64,000 nt of DNA from Squalus acanthias (lineage: Eukaryota), in contig CM059432.1 in assembly GCA_030390025.1 (NCBI GenBank), positions 144,338,001 through 144,402,000 of the forward strand, written 5' to 3'. This document shows, piece after piece, positions 51,530 through 63,552 of this stretch; positions within the stretch are counted from its first letter, which is position 1; every line of letters starts with the position of its first letter. Position numbers and translations under genes: made by a program. Below the pieces are notes generated by a model that saw only the letters and a program-made list of their open reading frames with translations, was not told the DNA's origin and ran no database searches.

Positions 51530-52110
51530 CTGTAACTAAACTTAAAAGGTTAAATGAAACTTAACAATTAAACTAAAATTTGGTTGCCGGGGTGTGATGG
51601 TGCACTCCAGTCCCTGCAGTGCCCACCGGTCGCGGAAGGCCTCGAGCGTGCCGGCGGACACCGCGTGCTCCGTCTCCAGGGCCAACCGGGGAGCGAATGT
51701 GGCCGCGGAAGAGAGGCAGGGCAGTCGGGCTGAACGACCCCCTCGACCGCCCGCTGCCTGGACCTGTTAATGGCCACTTTAGCCAGGCCCAGGAGCAGTC
51801 CTACTACGATGAGGCCCCCCCCCGCCGACCTGCCCACTCCCCTCCGCACTGGGTGACCAAAGGTCAGGAGCGTGGGACTGAAGTGCAGCCAAAAATTGAG
51901 GAGCAGCCCCTTCAAATAGTGGAAGAGGGGCTGCAACCTCTCACACTCCGTATAAACGTGGAACACAGACTCCTCCAGGCCGCAGAAAAGGCAGGCAGCC
52001 TGGGAGTCTGTGAACCTACTTAAAACTTTATTTCGCGGGACTGCTCCGTGCAACACCATCCAGGCCAAGTCCCCAATAGATAAAGGGAGGACTCCCGCCT
52101 AGAGAGCCGA
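51530..52110 (-). mobile_element. L1/Tx1-clade LINE 3' fragment (zf-RVT)
   Basis: LAWMVLHGAVPRNKVL...CLFCGLEESVFHVYTEC CCHC-type motif. Confidence 0.82.
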
Positions 52111-52524
52111 AACTCTGGTGTAAGTGCAGCCGGGCAGTAACCCTGGCTTGGAACCAGCGGTCTCTCGCCCGGCCCCCATAACGGCCTAAAACCTGAGGAT
52201 ATACAGGGCTATCGTTTGGAAAACACGCATGGAAGTTCTCCCTGGGGCTCACAGAGAGGGAGCGATGAGTAGGGAGTAAATGGGCATTGGGGGCCAGTGA
52301 TGTACCCTGGGGAGCAGGGCTGCCTGCGGGTCGAGCTCTACACTGGTCCTGGGCTTCAATCACCAACAAATTTTAGGCGACGGGCTAACAGGCGAGGCCA
52401 GAACGCAAGGCCCGTGAGGAGTTGGGTCCCGTTGTCAGCTGTGTGGAGCTCAATGTGTCGATACGGGTCCACTGCCGTTAACTGCGATCAATGCACCAAC
52501 AACACTGCAGCTTGTCCTTTGTAA

Positions 52525-52770
52525 AGGCAGCATTCATTGCTCATCCCGAATAGTCCCAGGGGTATTGAGTAAACCGCACCCCGTGGGACTGGAGTCAAGT
52601 GTAGGGAAGCCGTCACTGGGGCGAAGTTATGGCTTCCCTTCCCTGAAGGACATTCGTCAACTTTCCTGCTAGCCCACAAATTACCGGACTTTGTGAGTTC
52701 AATGGGATCGTGAACTCTTGACCTCTGGGTGACGAGTCCAATACCAGAACCACCAGGTTACAGTATCCCG
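52525..52770 (-). mobile_element. Old degenerate relative of the tRNA-headed bipartite SINE
   Basis: gtgggactggagtca...ccttccctgaaggacatt and cattgctcatccc motifs shared with 7893-8135. Confidence 0.5.
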
Positions 52771-53224
52771 TAACACAAAAGCTCCTTCACATGTCAGTAT
52801 CACAAAGAACCACAAACCAGCTCAGATTTTATTACACACAATATTTCAAATTGCAGCTGAGTGTGAGCAAGTGGTTTCTGACTCACGGCCTGTACTGATG
52901 TTTGACAAAGGGTTCTCAGTCACTTGAAATGAAATGAACAGTTCCGCTGGCTGTCTGTAGCTCAGGCCTGCAGCGTCACTAAACCATGTTGTGTACACTA
53001 CAGCCCTGTTAGTGAAACGAGGCCCTAGACTGCTGGTTACAGCACAGACACCGTCTCACCAGCTCCCTGCAAAGCGGAGGTGTATCATGTGCCCCGAGGT
53101 GACTAATGGATGTTGCAAACTACCGTCCACTTGGAACCAAAACTCTGACTCACAGATCCCATCACTTAGAGTCTCTTAACTCAGGATCTCCAGGGATGAT
53201 TATAAATCTGAAATCTTCACATTG

Positions 53225-53685
53225 GCGGGAGGGGGAGGGGGAGAGGGCAAGGCGGGGGAGAGGGGGAGACAGGAGAGAGGGAAAGACGGGAGAGAGAAAG
53301 GGGAGGGAGGGGAAGAGGCAGAGATAGGGAGGGGGAGAGGGAGAGAGGGGGTGAGAGGGTGAGGGAGAGATGGGGAAAGGGGGAGGGGAGAGGAAGAGAG
53401 AGAGGGGGGAGGGAGGGGGAGATGAGGAGAGGGAGACAAGAAAGGAGGGGAGAGGGGGAGAGAGGGAGATGAGAAGAGGGAGAGAAGAAGGGAGGGGAGA
53501 GGGGGGAGTAGGGGAAAGTGGAAGAGAGGGGGAGAGGGAGATGAGAAGAGGGAGAGAAAAAGGGAGGGGAGAGAGGGAGAGGGGGGAGTAGGGGAGAGAG
53601 GGGGAGTAGGGGAGAGTGGAAGAGAGGGAGAGAGGGAGATGAGGAGAGGGAGAGAAGAAGGGAGGGGAAAGAGGGAGAGAGGGAG
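53225..53685. repeat. GA-rich polypurine tract
   Basis: (ggga/gaga)n. Confidence 0.9.
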
Positions 53686-54017
53686 CATGCCTCACTCACA
53701 GAGAACAGGTAAACAGCAAGGCGTCTGATCTTCCCCAGGGTAAACACTTGGAATTGAAAACATCATCTGGATGAGGAGTGATGGGGGAGGAGTATTCAGC
53801 CAAGCAGCATGAATCATGTGCTGCAACCCGCCTGTCTACATTCGACGCCAACCGTTCCCCCTCCCAGCCGGTCTCGCTGGGATCACGGCGGGCAGGGGCG
53901 GAGGGGAAAGGTCATTCCTTACCGCTCTTCGTTTGCTTTTAAAGTCGATTCCAAAGACCTACAGAGAAAATAACAGGTTTGCAAGCCAGAAATCCCTCCT
54001 GGTGTAAGCTCGCTCAC

Positions 54018-54108
54018 CTTGACACACTGGGCAGCAGCTGCCCTGTTGCACGATGGGATTCTTGCAGTAGACCACACACAGCACCTCTGATTCTGTAACG
54101 ACACCTTC
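54018..54108 (-). CDS. BMPER: BMPER-family coding exon (equiv. exon 5), VWC2
   Basis: ctgtag|GAA...CAAG|gtgagc; 91 nt; [30 protein letters not shown]. Confidence 0.93.
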
Positions 54109-54634
54109 CTACAGGTAAGACATGAAACACACATTGTTATGTCCTGTTTACGCGCATCATGCAAGGTGCGTGCGAAGAAAGCTTCACTGATTGAGTCTCT
54201 GTGTCCGCACGGGCTTCAGATCACAGCACAAGCTCGACATGGTTTTCTTTGACCTCTCATACAACTGTTGCGTGGGACAAAGTCACACAACAGGTACAAA
54301 CGCAAGATGGATTTTTTATTTATTAAAAAAAAAACTTGATACATTTCTGTGGAAACTGAACGGAATCCAAGGAGACACCACCAATTCTCACAGTGTCCTG
54401 TGTAAGCCGATTAAACTTGTGTCTGTACACTTTTGCTGCTGTTAACTTTGATATTTCAGTAATTCCTGCTTCCTTCTAACATCCACAAATGGCAATCGAC
54501 ATTCAGCTAAACTCCACTTCATTAATCGATCCTCATGTTCTGTGACGAGAATCTGAAATGAGCTTTACTTATCGCAACTGCTCAACAGTAAAGTGCTTCA
54601 AAGACGCATGTTAGAATGCGAAAGAAAGACAGGA

Positions 54635-55035
54635 AGGAAAGAAGTCTTGCATTTCTATAGTACCTTTTACAACCTCAAAGCACTTTACAGCCAATGAGGT
54701 ACTTTTGAAGTGCAATCACTGTTGTAAAATAGGATTATATTGAGAAGGTGGTGGGGGGCCTTCTTCTTGAACCACTGGTAGTCGGTTTGACACAACTGAG
54801 TGTCTTGCTAGACCACACCAGGGGGCAGTTAACAGTCAACCACATTGGGTGTGGGACTGGAGTCACATATAGGCCCAGACCGGGTAAGGACGGCAGGTTT
54901 CCTTCCCTAATAGTTATATAGAATTATATAGAATGTACTTCTGCTTATGCTCCACATGAGCCTCCTCCCATCCTGCTTCATTTAACATACCAGCATATCC
55001 TTCTAATCCTTTCTCCCTCATGTACTTATCTAGCT
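54635..55035 (-). mobile_element. Cluster: Deu-SINE tail, bipartite SINE derivative (54740-54910), CR1 tail
   Basis: Matches to the corresponding copies elsewhere in the window. Confidence 0.7.
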
Positions 55036-55372
55036 TCAGAACGATCCATCAACTTCTTTGCCCAGCGATATCGGCAGGACAGAGATGCAGCTGCGGAAAC
55101 GTGGTCAGGCAAAGGAGGGATGTCCTGGCAGGGACGGAGAAATGGAGGCCCCAAAGGAGAGCTGTTCGGGGTCAATGGAAGGAGATAACCAGGGCAGTGA
55201 GTGCCAACTCCAACAACCAACACGTGGTCACTCAATGCTAACTAAAATAGTTTTCTTAAGTAATAACTTTGTTGTGTCACAATAGCACCGGCAGAAAGAC
55301 ATCCTCACCATTTCAATCCAGCCAGCAGTTTAACACACGATCACGCTTTGGGGGCGCAGAAGGAACACGTAC

Positions 55373-55455
55373 CTGGCATGTCCGCATCACGCAGGGTTTG
55401 GAAGGGACGAGCCAGGCTGCCGAGCTGTTGTACAACTTCCCACCGAACACACACT
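55373..55455 (-). CDS. BMPER: BMPER-family coding exon (equiv. exon 4), VWC2
   Basis: pyrimidine tract...ataag|AG...CCAG|gtacgt; 83 nt; (E)CVFGGKLYNSSAAWLVPSKPCVMRTCQ; phase fits neighbours. Confidence 0.9.
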
Positions 55456-55609
55456 CTTATGGGGAGAGGAGACAAAGACACAGATCAGAAAGAGTCAGCA
55501 GGTCCTGGGAACCACATGAAGGAAGATTGCAAGATAATTACAGATGAGTAATGACATTCGGCCCATCTTTCTCCATCCAGATCCAAAACCCCCTTCCCCA
55601 TCCAAACGT

Positions 55610-56840
55610 TTCATAGATTGAGACAGCACAGAAGGAGGCCATTCGGGCCATCGTGCTATCCAAGTAGTCCCACTCCCCCGCTTTTTCCCCATAGCCCTGC
55701 AAACTTTTCTCCTTCAAGTATTTATCCAATTCCCTTTTGAAAGTTACTATTGAATCTGCTTCCACTGCCCTTAATAAGAACATAAGACGTAGGAGCAGGA
55801 GTAGGTCATTTGGCCCCTCGAGTCTGCTCCGCCATTCAATAAGATCATGGCTGATCTGATCTGGGCCTCAACTCCACTTCCCTGCCCGCTCCCCATAACC
55901 CTTGACTCCCTTATCGTTCAAAAACCTGTCTATCTCCACCTTAAATATATTCAATGGCCCAGCCTCCACAGCTCTCTGGGGAAGAGAATTCCAAAGATTC
56001 ACGACCCTCTGCGAGAAGAAATTCCTCCTCATTTCCGATTTAAAAGGGTTTCCCCTTATTCTGAAATTATGCCCCAGAGTTCTAGATTCCCCCACAAGGG
56101 GAAACATCCTCTCTGCATCTACCCTGTCAAGCCCCTTCAGAATCTTTCAGGCAGTGCATTCCAGATCATACTAACTTGTTGCATAGCACTCAAAAGGGAA
56201 TTGGATATATACCTGAAGGGAAAAAATTGCAGGGCTATGGGGAAAGAGGAGGGGAGTGGGACTAATTAGATCGCTCTTTCAAAGAGCTGGCACAAGCACT
56301 CATTCTGCAGAAGTATTATTCTTTGGGTGTAAAATTTTTTTTGCCTGTAAAAGGTCTTGGAGAGGGTGCAGAGGAGATTCACCGGAATGATACCGGGGAT
56401 GAGGGGATTCAGTTATGTGGAGAGACTGGAGAAGCTGGGATTGTTCTCCTTGGAGTAGAGAAGGTTAAGGGGAGATTTAATAGAGGTGTTCAAAATCATG
56501 AAGGGTTTTAATAGAGTAAATAAGGAGAAACTGTTCCCAGTGGCGGGTGGGTCGGTAACCAGAAGGCACAGATTTAAGGTGATTGGATAAAGAACCAGAG
56601 GGCAGATGAGAATTTTTTTAACACAGCGAGTTGTTATGATCTGGAATGCGCTGCCTGAAAGGGCGGTGGAAGCAGATTCAATCGTAACTTTCAAAGGGAA
56701 TTGGATAAATACTTGAAGGGGACAAATTGCAGGGCTATGGGGGAAGAGTGGGGGAGTGGGACTAATTGGAGAGCTCTATCAAAGAGCCGGCACAGGCACG
56801 ATGGGCCGAATGGCCTCCTTCTGAGCTGTAAGATTCTATG
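55610..56840. mobile_element. Nested CR1 fragments (minus 55610-56190 with a nested copy 55776-56145; plus 56190-56840)
   Basis: RRNFFSQRVVNLWNSLP and CR1 tails. Confidence 0.8.
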
Positions 56841-57647
56841 ATTTTTCTCCCTCCCTGATCATTTCTGGATTTTAACCTTGTATCCCCGGGGATTTTCCCT
56901 ATCATGGTGTTCGGTGGAAATGCTCTGACTGTTTTAAGAAGCTAACTGTGATGAAAGAGGCAGATGTGGTCTTGGGAGAAGGCAGGAAGTGAGGCAGGTA
57001 TCTGGTCTTACTGAATCCTCTGATGCAAACACATATCTGGTTTCAAAATATTTTGCTCAACAGTTTGATTTAGTAAATAATTACTTTATGAAGGCGCTCA
57101 CTTTGACAGCGTGAAACATAAGCAGAGAGAGACTAGAGGCCTAGTTCATGGTGGTCCTGTGTCTCTACAAGCATTCGTTCGGAGCCCGGCCTCCAATCGT
57201 TCTATAAGAACACTCGGGCCCAGTGAGAGAAGGGGACGAACTCTGGCTGAGGTTCCCCGCAGGTCTGCAACATTCCGTCTTGTGGGGTGGCGGAACAGTC
57301 GGAAGTTGCCCCCAGTCTCGGTTTGAGGGAGGCCCCCTGCCAGTGGACACGGAGAAACCCGCAGTCCAGGTGGTGGAGCCCTCCAGACTGAAGGAGAAGG
57401 TAGGAAGGTAACAAGTAGGGGCAAAAGAAAATCAGCGTTACTCAATACACCCCTGGCTGAGGCACCCCCAGTGCGCTAGCGGTTACATGTACGGCCCGTG
57501 TGGCATAAAGACCAGAAGGATTCAGGCATAATGCCTGGTCTGTGCCGAGCTAAACAATCTCAACCTGGGGCGTCACAATTAGTTTCCGTGACCCTGCTTT
57601 CCGGGTAAATTATCCAGGGATCTCACTCTTTGCTATCCTGTTGGAAA

Positions 57648-57725
57648 GTGTGTATGTGTGCGTGTGTGCGTGTGTGCATGTGTGCATGTATGTTCCTCTG
57701 TGTGCGGCGCGTATGTGTGCTTGTG
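57648..57725. repeat. Imperfect (GT)n microsatellite
   Basis: gtgtgtatgtgtgcgtgtgtgcgtgtgtgcatgtgtg. Confidence 0.85.
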
Positions 57726-58236
57726 CGACAGGGGAACAAGAGCTTGCTTTATTTGTGACTCCCACTGCGCCGACACTCAGCCTGGACTTACAATGAACGA
57801 CTGCCCATTGCGACAAGTTACCAGACGGTTCTGGGCTTGTGGTAAAGGCGTGTGAAAAAAGCAAGGGGATAAATTGTGGTCTTGACGCTGGGTGGTGATC
57901 TGGGAGGGGGCGGATTACTCACTCAAGTGAAATCAATGGATTGAAAGTTGAGCGAGGCCAGTGATCAGCTCCCCCAGATCAATGCCCGGGCAGTGCAGAC
58001 TAACACCGTGTTTATTGGGTGGGTGGGTGGGTGGGGAATGCTCAGCAGCCCCTAGCAAAGTCTTGAAAAACACAGCCCGCATCTGCAGCATGCCGTGACC
58101 GGTGTCGCGCATCAATACAAACCTTCCGATGGAAAGAGTCAGAACTGCACTGAATAAAATACAACTGCCATCGCGCACGGCCTGAAACAGCAGCCAAGCA
58201 TGGAGATACAGTCAGCAAACAGCAACTTTAAAGCAC

Positions 58237-58336
58237 CTTTGCATTTTTCACAGCAGCCTCCTCTCTGTTTGATAACGAGAGCGCAGTCTTTGGGCAGCAC
58301 GGGACACTTCTCTCTTGTACATCTTACTTCTTTGTT
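58237..58336 (-). CDS. BMPER: BMPER-family coding exon (equiv. exon 3), VWC1 C-terminal part
   Basis: ttgcag|AAC...AAAG|gtgctt; 100 nt; [33 protein letters not shown]. Confidence 0.93.
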
Positions 58337-59193
58337 CTGCAAGTAAGAAATGAAGGAAAAGAATAATTGACAAATGGTGTAACACAATAAACGGGATCAC
58401 ATATACACTGGCTGATCAGGTGTCACACATGCAAGGGAATCATCTAATCGAGCAGTTCTAATGAGAGTCTCTGACTAAGAGAACGCGGAAACTGATACAA
58501 ACTCTCAAAAACTTGCAGCTAGCTATTATTTAACCTTTCTGATTTATTGGCCCCAAATTTCCTGGAACTTTTCGGTGTAACTACGGTGGAAGAGTGGCAT
58601 AGTGCTGTTATTTTTAAATAGAATTTACAGCACAGAAACAGGCCATTCGGCCCAACAGGTCTATGCTGGTCTTTATGCTCCACACGAGCCTCCTCCCTAC
58701 TTCCTTTATCTCACCCTATCAACATATCACGAGCATTTTGTTCCTTTGCGAGGGCATTTGCGTGTAACTGATTTACGCCGGTTTCGCACAAATTTCCTTG
58801 CTCGTTCTGATATCGGTCTAACTATATTTTCTGGAGTCTGATAGAGATTTTCTTCATGATTATTTTGAATTTTTCGCACTGTGAACCAGCACCGTCCTGA
58901 ACCAGAACCAGAACCAGCGCCGTCAGTCTCAGTGCACTCAAAATTTTTCGCATCCCACCCCTCAAGATCAGAGTAAATTTGATCATTTCTGAGTAAGTGC
59001 GATCCAGGAAATTCTGATGCGAAAGTGTTTATTGTGATTAATCTTCTTACTGTTAACTCCCAGCCATACTAAATACAATCTGGGGGAAAGTGGCATTAAA
59101 TAGCAGTAGGGTGTGACCAGACTTCACACGACTAATAGGAGCAATGACCAGGGACCATCCTACGCACTGAATTATACGGTGCACTTCTGATTA

Positions 59194-62100
59194 TTGGCCT
59201 TGGAGGTGGTGCAGCGCAGACTGACCAGAATGATACCTGGGCTTAAAGGGTTAAATCAAGAGGACAAGTTGCATAGACTAGGCTTGTATTCCCTTGAGTT
59301 CAGAAGACTGAGGGGTGATCTTTTTTTTAAAATTCGTTTATGGGATGTGGGCGTCGCTGGCAAGGCCAGCATTTATTGCCCATCCCTAATTGCCCTCGAG
59401 AAGGTGGTGGTGAGCCGCCTTCTTGAACCGCTGCAGTCCGTGTGGTGAAGGTACTCCCACAGCGCTGTTAGGGAGGGAGTTCCAGGATTTTGACCCAGCG
59501 CCGATGAAGGATCGGCGATATATTTCTAAGTTAGGATGATGTGTGACCTGGAGGGCAACTTGGAGGTGGTGGTATTCCCATGCGTCTGCTGCCCTTGTCC
59601 TTATAGGTGGAAGAGGTCGCGGGTTTGGGAGGTGCTGCCGAAGAAGCCTTGGTGAGTTGCTGCAGTGCATCTTGTAGATGGTACACACTGCAGCCACGGT
59701 ACGCCGGTGGTGGAGGGAGTGTATGTTTAAGGTGGTAGATAGGGTGCCAATCATACGGTTTGCTTTGTCTTGCATGGTGTCGAGCTTCTTGAGTGTTGTT
59801 GGAGCTGCACTCATCCAGGCAAGTGGAGATATTCCATCACACTCCTGATTGTGCCTTGTAGATGGTGGAAAGGCTTTGGGGAGTCAGGAGGTGAGACACT
59901 CGCCGCAGAACTCCTAGGCTCTGACCTGCTCTTGTTGCCACAGTATTTATGTGGCTGGTCCAGTTAAATTTCTGGTCAATGGTGACCCCCAGGATGTTGA
60001 TGGTGGGGGATTCGGCGATGGTAATGCCATTGAATGTCAAGGGGTGGTGGTTAGACTCTCGCTTGTTGGAGATAGTCATTCCCTGGCACTTCTGTGGCGC
60101 GAATGTTACCTGCCACTTATCAGCCCAAGCCTGAACATCGTCCAGGTCTTATTGCATGCGGGCATGGACTGCTTCATTATCTGAGGAGTTGTGAATGGCA
60201 CTGAACACTGTGCAATCATCAGCGAACATCCCCATTTCTGACCTTATGTTGGAGAGAAGGTCATTGATGAAACAGTTGAAGATGGTTGGGCCTAGGACAC
60301 TGCCCTGAGGAACTCCTGCAGCGATGACCTGGGGCTGTGATGATTGACCTTCAATCACCACAACAATCTTCCTTTGTGCTAGGTATGACTCCAACCAGTG
60401 GAGAGTTTACCCCCCGATTCCCATTGACTTCAGTTTTACTAGAGCTCCTTGATGCCACACTCCGTCAAATGCTGCCTTGATGTCAAGGGCAGTCACTCTC
60501 GCCTCACCTCTGGAATTCAGCTCTTTTGTCCATGTTTGGAACAAGGCTGTAATGAGGTTGGGAGCCGAGTGGTCTTGGCGGAACCCAAACTGGGCATCAG
60601 TGAGCAGGTGCCACTTGATAGCACTGTCGATGACACCTTCCATCACTTTACTGCTGATTAAGAGTAGACTGATGGGGCGGTAATTGGCCAGGTTGGATTT
60701 GTCCTGCTTTTTGTGGACAGGGCATACCTGGGCAGTTTTCCACATTGTCGGAGAGATGCCACTGTTGTAGCTGTACTGGAACAGCTTGGCTAGAGGCGCG
60801 GCTAATTCTGGAGCACAAGTCTTCAACACGATAGCCGGGATGTTGTCAGGGCCCATAGACTTTGCTGTATCCAGTGCGCTCAGCCGTTTCTTGATATCAT
60901 GTGGAGTGAATCGAACTGGCTGAAGACTGGCTTCTGTGATGGTGGGGACCTCAGGAGGAGGCCGGTATGGATCATCCACTCGGCACTTCTGGCTGAAGAT
61001 CATTGAGGATGGGGATATTCATGGAGCCTCCTCCTCCCATTAGTTGTTTAATGGTCCACCACCATTCACGACTGGATGTGGCAGGACTGCAGAGCTTTGA
61101 TCTGATCCGTTGATTGTGGGATCGCTTAGCCCGGTCTATAGCATGCTGCTTCCGCTTTTTAGCATGCATGTAGTCCTGTGTTGCAGCTTCCCCAGGTTGG
61201 CACCTCATTTTTAGGTACACCTGATGCTGCTCCAGGGTTGGTCCCCTGGCTTGATAGTAATGGTAGAGTGAGGGATATGCCGGGCCATGAGGTTACAGAT
61301 TGTGGTGGAATACAATTCTGCTGCTGCCGATAGCCCACAGCGCGTCGTGGATGCTCAGTTTTGAGCTGCTAGATCTGTTCTGAATCTATCCCATTTAGCA
61401 TGGTGGTAGTGCCACATAACACAATGGAGGGTGTCCTCAGTGTGAAGACGGGACTTCGTCTCCACAATGACTGTGCGGTGGTCACTGCTACATGCATCTG
61501 CGACAGGTAGATTGGCGAGGACATTGAAGTCCCCCACCCAGAATACATTCTGCGCCCTTGCTTCTTCCAAGTGGTGATCAACATGGCGGAGTACTGATTC
61601 ATCAGCTGAGGGAGGGTGGTAGGTGGTAATCAGCAGGAGGTTTCCTTGCACATGCTTGACCTGAAGCCGTGAGACTTCATGGAGTCCGGAGTCAATGTTG
61701 AGGACTCCCAGGGCCACTCCTTCCTACTGTGCCGCCACCCCTGGTGGGTCTGTTCTGCCAGTGGGACAGGACATACCCAGGGATGTTGATGGAGGTGTTA
61801 TGGGACATTGGCTGAAAGGTATGATTCTGTGAGTATGACTATGTCAGGCTGTTGCTGTTGCTTGACTAGTCTGTGGGACAGCTCTCCCAATTTTGGTACA
61901 AGTCCCCAGATGTTGAGGACTTTGCAGGGTTGACTGGGTTGGGTGTGCCGTTGCCGTGTCCGTAGCTGGTGCCGAAGTCGATGCCGAGTGGTCCGTCCGG
62001 TTTCATTTTTATTATTTTGTTGCTGAGTGGCTTGCTAGTGGTAGTTGAGAGTCAACCACATTGCTGTGGGTCTGAAGTCACAGCAGACCAGGTAAGGACG

Positions 62101-62520
62101 GCAGATTTCCTTCCTCAGTGAACGACAATCCAATAGTTTCATGGTTACCATTACTGATACTAGCTTTTTTATTCCAGATTTATTTAATTAACTGAATTTA
62201 AATTCCCCAGCAGCCGAGGGATTTGAACTCACGTCTCTGGATCATTAGTCCAGGCCTACTGGATTACTAGCCCAGTGACATTACCACTACGCTACCGTTC
62301 CCTAGAGGTGTTTAAGATGATTAAAGGAGTTGATAGGGTAGATAGCGAGAAACTATTTCTTCTGGTGGGGAGGGAGTCCAGAACAAGGGGGCATAACCTT
62401 AAAATTAGAGTTCAGGGGTGATGTCAGGAAGCACTTCTTCACACAAAGGGTAGTGGAAATCTGGAACTCTCTCCCCCAAAAAGCTGTTGAGGCTGGGGGA
62501 CAATTGGAGCTTTCGAGATG
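59194..62520 (+). mobile_element. CR1 fragment split in two (59194-59320 and 62303-62520) by the tRNA-headed LINE
   Basis: ...gactgaggggtgatc | tagaggtgtttaagatgattaaagg is colinear with the intact CR1 at 19920-19970. Confidence 0.85.
59321..62302 (-). mobile_element. Degenerate full-length non-LTR retrotransposon: tRNA-like head, single APE-RT ORF, poly(A) tail
   Basis: A box TAGCGTAGTGG (62294-62284); B box GAGTTCAAATCC (62230-62219); ATG at 62006; APE motifs (NIWGL, ILTESYL, GDFNV, SDH); RT motifs (NYRPISLL, LDIKAAFD, GVPQGSVLGP, FADD); frameshifted. Confidence 0.88.
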
Positions 62521-63552
62521 CGACTGACTCCCATGTTGGTTTGTCAATAAAGGCGAATGCAGGACAAGTCCACCTTCTCCACTGTCCGCTGGATAAAGTA
62601 TAATACACATATTGATTTTTTTATTGCCTACAATTTAAGACATCTGCAGCCGAGTTAATAAATTTCAACCCTGGTCTGCCATAAACCGCCATATAAGGTT
62701 GAACAAAATTCCTTTGCGATGGCATAAACCTATATTTAGGTTTGCAATTCTGCATTCTATCTTTCATGAAATCAATAAAATTTGAGTAACATCTGTGTCA
62801 AATTCAGTTAATGAAGTGGTCATGAGAGAGATGGAATTCAATAATTATACCTTATGCAGCATGGTCCAATCACATGTTTCATCAATGCAAAACCAATGAT
62901 TAATGTAATAATGTACCATACTGCAGACTGAGGGCTACATATTAATGCCAGACTCCTTTCTCTGGGTTATTAATGAAGGATATCATTCATGATTCATCGC
63001 TTGCTAATAAAACGGACAGAGAATGAAGTTATTTCTTCTTGCAAATCAAAAAAACTAGCACAAGATTGCGTTGTTTGGTTGGCGACCTTTAACCTATGCA
63101 GGAAATGGACTGATGATCGCTTGAAATTCATTTCTGTTATTTAATTAACCTTACTGCACAATTTAGCTAAAAAAAATGTTTATTGCAGAATTTTCTGTAT
63201 AAAGGTAGGCAGCCTGTTGTCTTACTGCCCCATTTAGGCCAGGAGGGCTCCAGGTTTAATCCCCACTCTGTAATGAGTTAGCTGATAGCCTGTAGTGGCT
63301 CTACAATTGGCCTCTTGGGATATGGAAGGCAAAACAGACCAGCCAGGGCTGCCCTCTGGTGACCTCTGTGGTGGGTGAATGTCAGGTGGCCCTTGGCTAT
63401 GGTGCCAACCAACAGTACAACCTGTGAACCAGCTCAAAACAGAGACTGGCGAATACTCGCGCAACTGTATGCCAACATGAGTTAGTGCCTTCAGGAGAAG
63501 AGGGCAAAAACACACTCCCTAAAAACTGCACAGCGACACACAGCCACTCTCA

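Noticed and set aside
241..58336. Kielin/KCP, mucin or VWF identity
   Set aside because: Five VWC + one VWD + C8 + TIL + stop, with exon sizes and sequence matching the BMPER family
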